Source: Aulosira sp. ZfuVER01 (GTDB taxonomy: Bacteria > Cyanobacteriota > Cyanobacteriia > Cyanobacteriales > Nostocaceae). From it: a DNA stretch of 64,000 nucleotides. The stretch covers positions 96,001 to 160,000 of the forward strand of contig JAVRCV020000036.1 in the NCBI GenBank assembly GCA_034530615.2, read 5' to 3'. The notes below the pieces were generated by a model that made no database searches, was not told the DNA's origin, and worked only from the letters and a program-made list of their open reading frames with translations. Within the stretch, counting starts at the first letter, position 1. Each line of letters opens with the position of its first letter. The translations under genes were made by a program, and so were the position numbers. Shown one piece after another: positions 51,109 to 60,623 of this stretch.

Positions 51109-52194
51109 ATGCAGCACCTACGTCAGTTATTAGAAACAGAAAACTCACAATTAGCTCAATTACTCCGGTTTAGCCTGTATGGAATTGCCGCTTCTTTAAA
51201 GCAAGTGCAAACAGAATTTCCTCTCGATCCAGGGGCTAAATTATGCGACGAAGTGCTGCAAGAAATTCACAGCTTATTACAACCTACATCTCTACAATCT
51301 AACTCTACAAATGAATTAAAACTAAGTCGCCTCCGCGAAGAATTCGACGCAGATAAAGAACTCAAATTGTATTTAGGAAATTCCCAATTACAAAGCCAAA
51401 CAGACGCAGAATTATGGAATGAGATTCAACGCAAGCTGCTGCGAGTTCCAGAAGACTTGGCCACAGCTTGGCGACAACGCGCCTTAACTCTGGCTGAGGA
51501 AACTGGTGCAGTAGAAAATACTTCGGATCTCTACCTCCTACCCTTCATCCGAGATGAAATTATTTACCCCGGGCTAAGTGGTACTGTCCAAGCTAAGGGT
51601 TTATGTTTGTCTCAAAAATCACTATCTTTTACAGAAATTGCCCAAGCTAGTGAATCAAAAGATTTAAATTTTCTAGTTGGTTACTTACTTTTGTGTATAA
51701 ATTTTATCGAGATAGAACCAGATTTACATCATGCTTTAAAGAGCGTTTTCAGCTTTGATATTGTCTCCTTACACTCCAAGCCAGAACAGCAAAATCAATA
51801 CATTGAAGCTTTAACACATCGCTTTCAACGCACACAAAAAGCTGTGGAAAATGCCGATCCAATATCAACTCTACGTGCTTGGATTGACATGGATGAGGCA
51901 ATTCATTCTTTAGTATTTGTTCCTCCAGGCGATCGCTATTCTTGGTGGGGTAATTTACAACAAGAATCACGGCGTATGCTGAAAAAATTTGTAGATGAGG
52001 CAATTAAAGCAGGTAATGAAGTCCGAATTCGCCAATTATCAGGTCTTTACGCCGATATATGCGCTTTAACAAAAGATGACTTGCAACTAGATTGTGGCGG
52101 AAATCCTGGGGAAGTATTGACTTGTCTGCGAGTCTACGCGCGAATTAATCAAGAAGAATCTCCAGGGCGGGTAATATTTCGCTCATCACGGTAG
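51109..52194 (+). CDS. Hypothetical protein with a possible GrpE-like C-terminal beta domain
   Basis: SD GGAGG. Helical body and C-terminus PGEVLTCLRVYARINQEESPGRVIF. The GrpE similarity is by eye only. Confidence 0.6.
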   Translation: MQHLRQLLETENSQLAQLLRFSLYGIAASLKQVQTEFPLDPGAKLCDEVLQEIHSLLQPTSLQSNSTNELKLSRLREEFDADKELKLYLGNSQLQSQTDAELWNEIQRKLLRVPEDLATAWRQRALTLAEETGAVENTSDLYLLPFIRDEIIYPGLSGTVQAKGLCLSQKSLSFTEIAQASESKDLNFLVGYLLLCINFIEIEPDLHHALKSVFSFDIVSLHSKPEQQNQYIEALTHRFQRTQKAVENADPISTLRAWIDMDEAIHSLVFVPPGDRYSWWGNLQQESRRMLKKFVDEAIKAGNEVRIRQLSGLYADICALTKDDLQLDCGGNPGEVLTCLRVYARINQEESPGRVIFRSSR

Positions 52195-52271
52195 GCTGTG
52201 GGGCAATGGTCAGTAATGATTTAAAAGTCTTAATCTGAATCTTGATGATTTCATCTGTAGAATGACTAGCA

Positions 52272-52661
52272 CTACTTGAGCGTTTGCACATCAGAATAGT
52301 TAAGAATTTTCGCATCCACAGTTAGCAAATAACAATTATAAAATCTCGCTGTAGCCACAATAAGTTGGTCAAACGGGTCACTGTGGAAGCCGCTTAATTG
52401 AGTTGAATCAATTACTATTGGCAGGGACAAATTTAATAGTTGTACACCAGGATAAGCTAAAGCAACTTCTAGCCATTGATCAATAGTCAAAGGTAGAATT
52501 AATCTTTTTTTCTCTACCAATTTGGCTACCTCCCAGCAAGAAAGAATGCTCACTCCTAAACCGTCAGACTCGTAATCTTGTAACCATTGTCGCTGTTGTT
52601 GGGTCAGTCGTGAATCGTTCTGAACCCACCAAACCCAAATATGAGTATCAAGTACAATCAT
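52272..52661 (-). CDS. vapC: PIN-domain VapC toxin
   Basis: IVLDTHIWVW, S.WEV, HSDPFDQLIVATA and LLTVD. Confidence 0.9.
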   Translation of the reverse strand: MIVLDTHIWVWWVQNDSRLTQQQRQWLQDYESDGLGVSILSCWEVAKLVEKKRLILPLTIDQWLEVALAYPGVQLLNLSLPIVIDSTQLSGFHSDPFDQLIVATARFYNCYLLTVDAKILNYSDVQTLK

Positions 52662-52900
52662 TGCAAAACTTCCCAGTCCTCTAAAGCGACGGGTTCTGTG
52701 GGGTCGTCATAACGGTATGGCTGTGTGTTGTGCAAAGAATAAGGATTTGTACCTGATTGGGGTAAATGTTGGGCTTGTTGCTGCGGAGTTTTAGTTTCCA
52801 GAATAATCACTTCCACAGCATCTCCAGCATGAAAGGGTAAACCTTGTAATGTCAGAGTTCCATCTTCACTTAAAACGACTTCTACCTTGTGAGCATTCAT
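52658..52900 (-). CDS. Putative antitoxin
   Basis: 80 aa, ATGA overlap with vapC, DG.L.L..LPF..GD.VEVII fold and an acidic tail. Confidence 0.75.
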   Translation of the reverse strand: MNAHKVEVVLSEDGTLTLQGLPFHAGDAVEVIILETKTPQQQAQHLPQSGTNPYSLHNTQPYRYDDPTEPVALEDWEVLQ

Positions 52901-52937
52901 ATTTCAACACAGTAATCAAGGAATAGATGGGCAAGAA

Positions 52938-53819
52938 TCACAAAGAGCCAGCAATCATCCCCGCCAGTAAGATAAAACCAATCCAGACATTTTGGCGGAA
53001 CATCGCACCATAAGCAGAGTTGGGTAAATTGGGCTTGCTTAACTGTAGTGACTGCCAAACCCAGCCAACTGTGGCAATTACTAGGCTAATCCAAAAAGCA
53101 ATGTGAAGGTTGATCGCAATACCTAAGCTAGCAAGTAAGGCAATTGTGCCAGCATAGAAAATGCCAATCGCTACAGGGGCGTAATTACCAAAAAACAGGG
53201 CGCTAGAATTAATACCAATGCGTCTATCGTCCTCGCGATCGCTCATAGCATAGACAGTATCAAATCCTAATGTCCACAGTACTGTCGCACCCCAAAGTAA
53301 CCAAGTTGGTTGGGAGATATTTTGAGTAACAGCACTCCAGCTAATTAACACAGCAAAACCCCAAGCAATCGACAGCACCAATTGCGGTACAGGAAAAACT
53401 CGCTTCGCCCCTGGATACAATAAAATGACAGGCACAGCTGCCGCAGACAACCAAAAAGTTAAGGGGTTGAGATAAAACGCCAGAACTGCGGCACAAAACA
53501 GCGCTACTATTCCCACACCAATCCCCACTTTAATCGACAGTGTACGGGCAGCTAGGGGGCGATCGCGGGTTCTTTCCACTTCTGGATCGATATCCCGATC
53601 CCACAAATCATTGACAACGCACCCCGCCGCACTAGTGGCGAGAGTCCCCAAGATAATTACGCCCACTAAAGGCAAAGGTGGTTTACCTGCGGCTGCCAAA
53701 AAAACTGCCCAAAGTGCAGGAATCATCAAAATTAATCGTCCTTCTGGTTTATGCCACCGCAAAAGCCGAAAAATTACCAGCCACATCGGTTCTTGGTTGC
53801 TTTCTGGGGTTCTAAGCAT
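52938..53819 (-). CDS. ubiA: 4-hydroxybenzoate solanesyltransferase (plastoquinone synthesis)
   Basis: LRWHKP.G, NDLWDRDID..VERT..RPL and DTVYAMSDREDD. Confidence 0.92.
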   Translation of the reverse strand: MLRTPESNQEPMWLVIFRLLRWHKPEGRLILMIPALWAVFLAAAGKPPLPLVGVIILGTLATSAAGCVVNDLWDRDIDPEVERTRDRPLAARTLSIKVGIGVGIVALFCAAVLAFYLNPLTFWLSAAAVPVILLYPGAKRVFPVPQLVLSIAWGFAVLISWSAVTQNISQPTWLLWGATVLWTLGFDTVYAMSDREDDRRIGINSSALFFGNYAPVAIGIFYAGTIALLASLGIAINLHIAFWISLVIATVGWVWQSLQLSKPNLPNSAYGAMFRQNVWIGFILLAGMIAGSL

Positions 53820-54070
53820 AGAAGTGAAGAAAAAATGAAGTAATTACTTGGGCTAGATGAATTAACACATCTTTACATCTATAGAATATCTTTATTTGCT
53901 ATTTGTAAAAACACAACCTAAACTGGCATCTTTAGATACATCTAAATGGTCAATTTAGTTGTGAGCAGCAGGGTGAATATTCTGAAATTAGGTAGAGTTG
54001 TCAACTACTCAACCGTAATTACCCCGACACATTAGTTTTTACTATCCTTCTTTAACAGAGAGAAAACTAG

Positions 54071-55723
54071 ATGCTTAGTTTAGTTTCAGCTAACTGCGTG
54101 AGCCTTCCTACTCAAACAGTTAAGCAACACCGGATTATTGCTGCCATTGACCTAGGTACCAATTCTTTGCACATGGTAGTGGTGAAAATTGACACCACCC
54201 TACCAGCTTTTAGCATTATTGCCAGAGAAAAAGAAACTGTAAGACTAGGCGATCGCGATCTGGCTACGGGTTATCTTAAACCAGAGATTATGGAAAAAGC
54301 GATCGCGGCTCTAGGACGCTTTCAAAAAGTTGCCGACACTTTCAACGCTGAAACCATCGTGGCTGTAGCAACTAGCGCCGTCCGAGAAGCCCCCAATGGT
54401 AAGGATTTTCTCCATAGAGTAGCAGTTGACTTGGGTTTGAGCGTTGATTTGATTTCTGGACAAGAGGAAGCGCGACGCATCTACCTGGGTGTGTTGTCGG
54501 GGATGGAATTTCACAACCAGCCTCACACGATCGTTGATATTGGTGGTGGTTCCACAGAATTAGTTTTGGGGGATAGTAACGAGCCACGCACGCTCACCAG
54601 TACGAAAATTGGTGCAGTCCGCCTCACGGGCGAATTAATTACCACCGATCCTATTAGCAACGCTGAGTTTCAGTACCTCCAAGCTTATGCACGTGGAATG
54701 TTAGAACGTTCTGTGGAAGAAGTGCAGGCAAACCTTAAGTTTGGGGAATCGCCCCGGTTGGTTGGCACTTCAGGTACGATTGAAACCTTGGCGTTAATTA
54801 ATGCCCGAGAAAAATTAGGTTATGTTCCTTCCACGCTGAATGGCTATCAACTCAGCCTCAAAGACTTGCGGGATTGGGTAAATCGCTTGCGAAGAATGAC
54901 TAACGTCGAAAGAACTGCGATACCTGGTATGCCAGATAAGCGGTCTGAAGTTATACTGGCAGGCGCAGTAATATTACAGGAAGCTATGACGCTTTTAGGC
55001 GTTGATTCAGTAACAATATGTGAGCGTGCCCTCCGAGAGGGTGTAATCGTGGACTGGATGCTAGCCCACGGTTTAATTGAAGATAAACTGCGTTTCCAAA
55101 GTTCGGTTCGGCAACGTAGTGTGCTGAAACAAGCTAGCAAGTATCAAATTAACTTAGAACATTGCGATCGCATTGCTAAATTTGCGCTGAGTTTATTTGA
55201 CCAAACTCAAAACAAATTACACTACTGGGGCACAGAAGAACGGCAACTGCTATGGGCGGCGGCGATATTACATAATTGCGGTCATCATATCAGCCATTCA
55301 TCTCACCACAAACACTCTTACTATCTAATTCGCAATAGTGAATTACTCGGTTATACCGAAACAGAAATCGAAATCATTGCCAATTTAGCCAGATATCATC
55401 GTAAATCTGCACCCAAGAAAAAGCACGATAATTTCCGTAATCTATTAACTAAACAACATCGTCAAATAGTCAGCCAATTAAGTGCGCTTTTAAGATTAGC
55501 AGTAGCTTTAGATCGGCGGCAAATTGGTGCGATCGCAGGAGTGCAGTGCGAATTCCATCCTAACACTCAAGAAGTTAAGTTGCGAGTTTTTCCATCTCAT
55601 TCTGATGATGATTGTGCCTTAGAAATGTGGAGTTTAGATTATAAAAAAGGAGTATTTGAGGCAGAGTTCAATGTTAAATTAGTGACCACTTTAGAACCTT
55701 ATCCGATGGTTATTAGCTCATAA
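54071..55723 (+). CDS. ppx: Exopolyphosphatase, Ppx/GppA family
   Basis: IDLGTNS, ATSAVREAPN, DIGGGSTE, ALREG and an HD-like C-terminal domain. Confidence 0.93.
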   Translation: MLSLVSANCVSLPTQTVKQHRIIAAIDLGTNSLHMVVVKIDTTLPAFSIIAREKETVRLGDRDLATGYLKPEIMEKAIAALGRFQKVADTFNAETIVAVATSAVREAPNGKDFLHRVAVDLGLSVDLISGQEEARRIYLGVLSGMEFHNQPHTIVDIGGGSTELVLGDSNEPRTLTSTKIGAVRLTGELITTDPISNAEFQYLQAYARGMLERSVEEVQANLKFGESPRLVGTSGTIETLALINAREKLGYVPSTLNGYQLSLKDLRDWVNRLRRMTNVERTAIPGMPDKRSEVILAGAVILQEAMTLLGVDSVTICERALREGVIVDWMLAHGLIEDKLRFQSSVRQRSVLKQASKYQINLEHCDRIAKFALSLFDQTQNKLHYWGTEERQLLWAAAILHNCGHHISHSSHHKHSYYLIRNSELLGYTETEIEIIANLARYHRKSAPKKKHDNFRNLLTKQHRQIVSQLSALLRLAVALDRRQIGAIAGVQCEFHPNTQEVKLRVFPSHSDDDCALEMWSLDYKKGVFEAEFNVKLVTTLEPYPMVISS

Positions 55724-55752
55724 TTAACACCGAGAATATTAAAGCCACACTG

Positions 55753-55779
55753 TTAGGGTTTAGCAATGCTAAACCCTAA
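55753..55779. repeat. REP-like palindrome, with a second copy at 56458-56478
   Basis: GGGTTTAGCA-A-TGCTAAACCC on both sides of the EVE gene. Confidence 0.75.
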
Positions 55780-55926
55780 ACAAAAAAATTTGGTTTTGCC
55801 TAGCTTTTTGTTTAGCGATCGCTAGCCAAATTCCAGATAAAAATCAAGAAAATATCTATTATTTAGCATCATTTGGTACTATCCTTATCTCTAGATATTT
55901 AAGACACAGCGAAGGCGATAAATTCG

Positions 55927-56382
55927 ATGAATTATTGGCTAATGAAGTCAGAACCAGAAGTTTATAGCATTACTGACCTACAATACCAAGGTCAAACTAT
56001 CTGGGATGGTGTTCGTAATTATCAAGCTCGCAACTTTCTCCGCGAAATGCAGATAGGAGACTTAGCTTTTTTCTACCATTCAAATAGTAAGCTTACAGGT
56101 ATTGCTGGGTTAACACGTGTTATCAAAATAGGTATTGCTGACCCGACACAGTTTGAGCCAAATAGCAAATACTATGACCCAAAGTCAACACCTGAATCTC
56201 CTCGCTGGCAAACAGTGATTGTAGAATTTGTTGAGTATTTCTCTCAGCCTATCTTGCTATCAACACTCAAAGAGAAGTTTACTCCCGAAGAATTAATGTT
56301 AGTGCGAACAGGAAATCGGTTATCAGTAATGCCAGTTCCTGAAGTAGTAGCTCAAAAAATTTTGGCAATGAAAAAACTATAA
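55927..56382 (+). CDS. EVE domain protein
   Basis: YWLMKSEP, WDGVRNYQARN, FFYHS and RLSVMPV. Confidence 0.95.
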   Translation: MNYWLMKSEPEVYSITDLQYQGQTIWDGVRNYQARNFLREMQIGDLAFFYHSNSKLTGIAGLTRVIKIGIADPTQFEPNSKYYDPKSTPESPRWQTVIVEFVEYFSQPILLSTLKEKFTPEELMLVRTGNRLSVMPVPEVVAQKILAMKKL

Positions 56383-57155
56383 CTGGGTAAGGAATAAATA
56401 ATTTTTCTCACCTTATACCAATTCACAAAAATCGTGATACAGATAGATTTTTCGTAGGGGTTTAGCAATGCTAAACCCTTACCCGTGTATTTGTATCATT
56501 ATTAAAGTTAAATTTTTATATCAATTTGAAGAAAGAATGCGATAGATGGGTAGGGAACATCCACGTACCCCTGTAGCCTTTGTGCGTAAATTCTAATTCC
56601 GTAGATTACAAAGAAGCAAATATCATTGAGTAGGCTTATGGAATTATATTGCAATACAGTTCAGTTAGGCTGGGATGCATTATATCGTAGGGAACACCCA
56701 AAATATTTTTCACAACTAGACAATCTTACTAGCGCCGTGCCCCTACAAAGATCTGAACCGTATTGAATTATATTGTGGTAAGCTGTAGATAACTTCAAAT
56801 ATCAAAACGCCTCGATTCACCTAATAGACATGAAGTAGTAGCAAAAAGTGTTGCTGGCAAGCAACAGTGTCAACAAAGAATAATCCAGAAATTAGCAAGT
56901 TAGCTCAAAGCTTTCTGGCTACTAAGTCTTATTTACAATCCATAATCTACACTCAACTGCCGTTCGCAGTTTTGTAGAGCTTATTCTGAGTGTCAAACAG
57001 GCTAATGATTTAACAACTCTCAGTACCATAATCTTTATTTTCTTGCGGGATAGTCGGCTGGTTTGCCTTTAATCGGGTGGCTCATAACTAGCTGATATTC
57101 CAGCATTTTACTGTGCGTTTAAGTAAAAGTTGCATAATCAGAATTGAGGATTAGT

Positions 57156-58769
57156 ATGCATAAAAATTTAATTTTATTAGCTGAGAATATCGGTTACGAA
57201 CTCGGCTTAGATAGAACTTTATTTCAGGAAGTTAATATCAATATTAGTTTAGGCAATCGCATTGCTTTAGTCGGTTGTAATGGAGTAGGAAAATCAACTC
57301 TGTTGAAGATACTTGCAGGTCAAATTACTCCCAGTATTGGTTCTGTATGGTGTAAGAATAATGTCTACTACTTACCCCAAATCAGCACCATCAGACAAGA
57401 AATCACAGCAGACTCAGTACTCGATTTTTTGAGTTCTGTTTCTGATGAATGGTGGCAGATTGAGGAAATTTTGGAAACGCAATTCCACACTACGCTTGAT
57501 TTATCTCTACCAGTTACTAACTTAAGTGGTGGGGAACTCACAAAACTATTTCTCGCAATTGGTTTATCTCAAGAACCAAACTTGCTATTACTAGATGAAC
57601 CAACAAACCACATGGATCTGTTGGCGCTAGAAAGTTTAAGGCTGTTTCTCCAAGATTTCGCTGGTGCATATATCATTGTCTCCCACAAGCCTTTTTTCTT
57701 AGATCAGGTGACAGATGTTACTTGGGAACTAACGCCTGAAGGAGTAAGGGTATACGGAGGTAATTTTTCTCACTATCGAAAAAAGAAAGAAATAGAATTA
57801 GAAGCGTCATTGCGATCGCATGAAGTCGCCAGAAAAGAACTCAAACGTGCCCAAGCTACAGCTATGCAAGAACAGCAACGCGCCGCCCAATCTCACCGCC
57901 AAGGCCGTGCTAAGTTTCTCAATGGCAGTATTGACAGAGCCTCCGCCGGATTGATTAAAACTAAAGCTGAGGCTTCCGCTGGCAATGCGAAAAAGAAACA
58001 TGAACTTGCAGTAACAAAAGCTACGCAAAACGTTGCAGATACTAAGGTAAAAACCACTAAGGTGACAAGTATCCAGTTAGCAGAAAGAAATCAAAAACGC
58101 AGAAATCTCATTGATATTCAAGGTGCAAATCTTTGGATGTCAGAACGCTTGCTGATTGAAAACATTCAGCTACATATTAACTCAGGCGATCGCTTGGCGA
58201 TTGTCGGTGCGAATGGTTCGGGTAAATCGACTCTCGCCAAAGCAATTCTAGGAATGGTACAGCAAACAGCGGTTTTGGATTCGGGTGAAGTTTTGCTCTC
58301 ATCCAGTATGAAAGCTGTATATCTCGACCAAACCTATGAACTGGTAAACCGCCAGCAGACAATTCTCGAAAATATGCAAACTGCAAATCCCAACCTCAGC
58401 TATCAACTGCTGCGTCAACAGCTAGGACACTTTCTATTTAAATACGATGACGTTCACAAAAGCGCATCAGTGTTGAGTGGCGGTGAATTGGCAAGATTAG
58501 CGATCGCGATCGTTAGCATCTGTGAAATTGACCTGTTGATTCTCGATGAGCCGACTAATAACTTAGATATTGAAACAGTTGAGCAAATGATATCAGGTAT
58601 CAATGATTATCAGGGTGCGCTTTGGGTAATTTCCCATGATATAGATTTCTTGAGCCGTATTAACATTACTCAAGGTTTCAAGTTAAGCCAGCAAGCTTTA
58701 CAAGTCACGACTTATTTACCCCGTACACCAGAGGAATATTATCGAGAATTGCTTGCTTGTTTAAATTGA
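57156..58769 (+). CDS. ABC-F ATPase (ribosome-associated, possibly antibiotic-resistance type)
   Basis: Two ABC cassettes (GCNGVGKST/LSGGE/LLDEPTNH and GANGSGKST/LSGGE/LDEPTNNLD), helical linker, no TM segments. Confidence 0.9.
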   Translation: MHKNLILLAENIGYELGLDRTLFQEVNINISLGNRIALVGCNGVGKSTLLKILAGQITPSIGSVWCKNNVYYLPQISTIRQEITADSVLDFLSSVSDEWWQIEEILETQFHTTLDLSLPVTNLSGGELTKLFLAIGLSQEPNLLLLDEPTNHMDLLALESLRLFLQDFAGAYIIVSHKPFFLDQVTDVTWELTPEGVRVYGGNFSHYRKKKEIELEASLRSHEVARKELKRAQATAMQEQQRAAQSHRQGRAKFLNGSIDRASAGLIKTKAEASAGNAKKKHELAVTKATQNVADTKVKTTKVTSIQLAERNQKRRNLIDIQGANLWMSERLLIENIQLHINSGDRLAIVGANGSGKSTLAKAILGMVQQTAVLDSGEVLLSSSMKAVYLDQTYELVNRQQTILENMQTANPNLSYQLLRQQLGHFLFKYDDVHKSASVLSGGELARLAIAIVSICEIDLLILDEPTNNLDIETVEQMISGINDYQGALWVISHDIDFLSRINITQGFKLSQQALQVTTYLPRTPEEYYRELLACLN

Positions 58770-58898
58770 TCGGTGCTTGTGAATTACCTACACTGAACCT
58801 TGCAGTAAAGTGTAGGCTTCCCAATTTATTACAGTTGGTAAAACATTTTGTATCGCATTTGAATTGTCAAAATAATAGTTTTGAGGTGATGAAATTTC

Positions 58899-59702
58899 AT
58901 GATGAATCTGGCATTAATCAAGCTAGGAGGGTCTTTAATTACTGATAAAGATAAACCTTTTACTGCTCGACCCGAAATAATGCAACAACTAGTTGGTGAA
59001 GTGAGCCATATTGTCAATCAAAATCCCAATATAAAATTGATTATTGGTAACGGTGCTGGTTCGTTTGGGCATCAGTCAGCTAAAAAATACAATACTATCG
59101 AAGGCATGAGTTGTGATGCTGATAAACTAGGATTTTGTTTAGTCCACCAGGATGTTCTAGATCTAAATCTACTCCTAGCAAAGATGTTTTTACAAGCAGG
59201 TTTGCCAGTAATTAGCCTACCACCTGTAACTATGGCAGTTACTCAAGATAAAAAGCTAATCAAAATTGACTTTTCAGCTATAGAAAATAGTCTGGAAGCA
59301 GGTTTAATTCCTTTAGTATTTGGTGATGTGGTTTTTGATAAGGCGATTGGTGGCACTATCCTATCTACTGATACTTTATTAGCCGAGTTAGCCAAATATT
59401 TTTACACACAAGAAAAATTTAAAATTCGACTTATAAATGCTGGTAACTATCCAGGTGTCTATGACCAAAAAGGGCAAGTAATATCTCATATTACTCACGC
59501 TAACTATCCTCAGATTAAAGGTTTTTTAGGTGCAAGTAAATCTGTAGATGTTACTGGCGGTATGTTCAAGAAAGTTGAAGAATTTTTATCCATATCCAGT
59601 TTAGGAATTGATTGCTGGATAATTGATGGGAGTATACCAGGAAATTTGGCTAATGCAGTTTTGGGTAAGCCGTCTCTAGGTACACTGATTCGAGCATCAT
59701 GA
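58899..59702 (+). CDS. Isopentenyl phosphate kinase-like (amino acid kinase family)
   Basis: IKLGGSLITDK, GAGSFGH, P.VFGDV, ILSTD and DVTGGM..K. Confidence 0.82.
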   Translation: MMNLALIKLGGSLITDKDKPFTARPEIMQQLVGEVSHIVNQNPNIKLIIGNGAGSFGHQSAKKYNTIEGMSCDADKLGFCLVHQDVLDLNLLLAKMFLQAGLPVISLPPVTMAVTQDKKLIKIDFSAIENSLEAGLIPLVFGDVVFDKAIGGTILSTDTLLAELAKYFYTQEKFKIRLINAGNYPGVYDQKGQVISHITHANYPQIKGFLGASKSVDVTGGMFKKVEEFLSISSLGIDCWIIDGSIPGNLANAVLGKPSLGTLIRAS

Positions 59703-60586
59703 CCAGATATGTTTTTGGTGATGGTGTTCAATTTATAAAATTAGGTCAAAATCAGAAAATTATGCAAAAAGTGAATTGGCTAATTGAAAGACATATTTTT
59801 GATGCCGATGAAGAATTTATAGAACAATTGAGAAGACAAGGATACTTTTTGCAAGAGACAAACTATCTCAGATTTCATCCTAGAGATGCACAAGAGTATT
59901 TCCCAGAACATGAGTGTGTTTTATTTCGAGGCACTCTAAATTTAGGTCGAAATATTTTGCGAACCTCTTGGATTCCGGGAGCTTATATGGATGAAAAGAA
60001 TCTTCGTTGTTCTACCTACTATACTTACTTTGGTCAATATTTGCTGAATAATAAATATTTCATTCTCTCTTTAGGTGAACTAATCCGCAGGAGAAAAGAA
60101 ATTATTAATTATTTTGAGTCTGATGGAAATTTATTTATCAGACCTGATAGTAATATGAAATCGTTTCGTGCAGGAGTGTTTAATCTTAATGTGTTAAACA
60201 CTATGCAATCTTTAGGCAGTGAACTACAAAGAGATGAGACAACTTTAGTACTAGTAAGTGGTAAGCAAGCGATCGCTAGAGAGTGGAGATTTTTCGTTTA
60301 CAAAAATCAAGCGATTACTGGTTCACTATATTTAGTGGGAGAAGAGAGAAGAGATGAAATGATCAAGGGAGGTTATTTAGAAGACTACTTGAATAATGTA
60401 CTAAAAACAGTAAATTGGTATCCAGAATCTCTTTACACTGTGGATATTTGTGAATCAGAAGGTGAGCTTCACGTACTAGAACTTGGTTCATTTAGCTGTA
60501 GTGGAGAGTATGGATGTGACTTGAGTTTGATTGTAGAAGCCGGTGCAAAAGCGGCTTTAGAAGATTACGAAGCTGTGAATGGTTAA
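59699..60586 (+). CDS. ATP-grasp protein, DUF4343 / R2K-like
   Basis: FIRPDS..KSF, REWRFFV, YTVDI and VLELGSFSCSG.Y. ATGA-coupled to the kinase; alternative start at 59762. Confidence 0.75.
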   Translation: MTRYVFGDGVQFIKLGQNQKIMQKVNWLIERHIFDADEEFIEQLRRQGYFLQETNYLRFHPRDAQEYFPEHECVLFRGTLNLGRNILRTSWIPGAYMDEKNLRCSTYYTYFGQYLLNNKYFILSLGELIRRRKEIINYFESDGNLFIRPDSNMKSFRAGVFNLNVLNTMQSLGSELQRDETTLVLVSGKQAIAREWRFFVYKNQAITGSLYLVGEERRDEMIKGGYLEDYLNNVLKTVNWYPESLYTVDICESEGELHVLELGSFSCSGEYGCDLSLIVEAGAKAALEDYEAVNG

Positions 60587-60623
60587 CTTGACTGTAATAG
60601 ATGCTCCCTAAATCACTCTTAAG

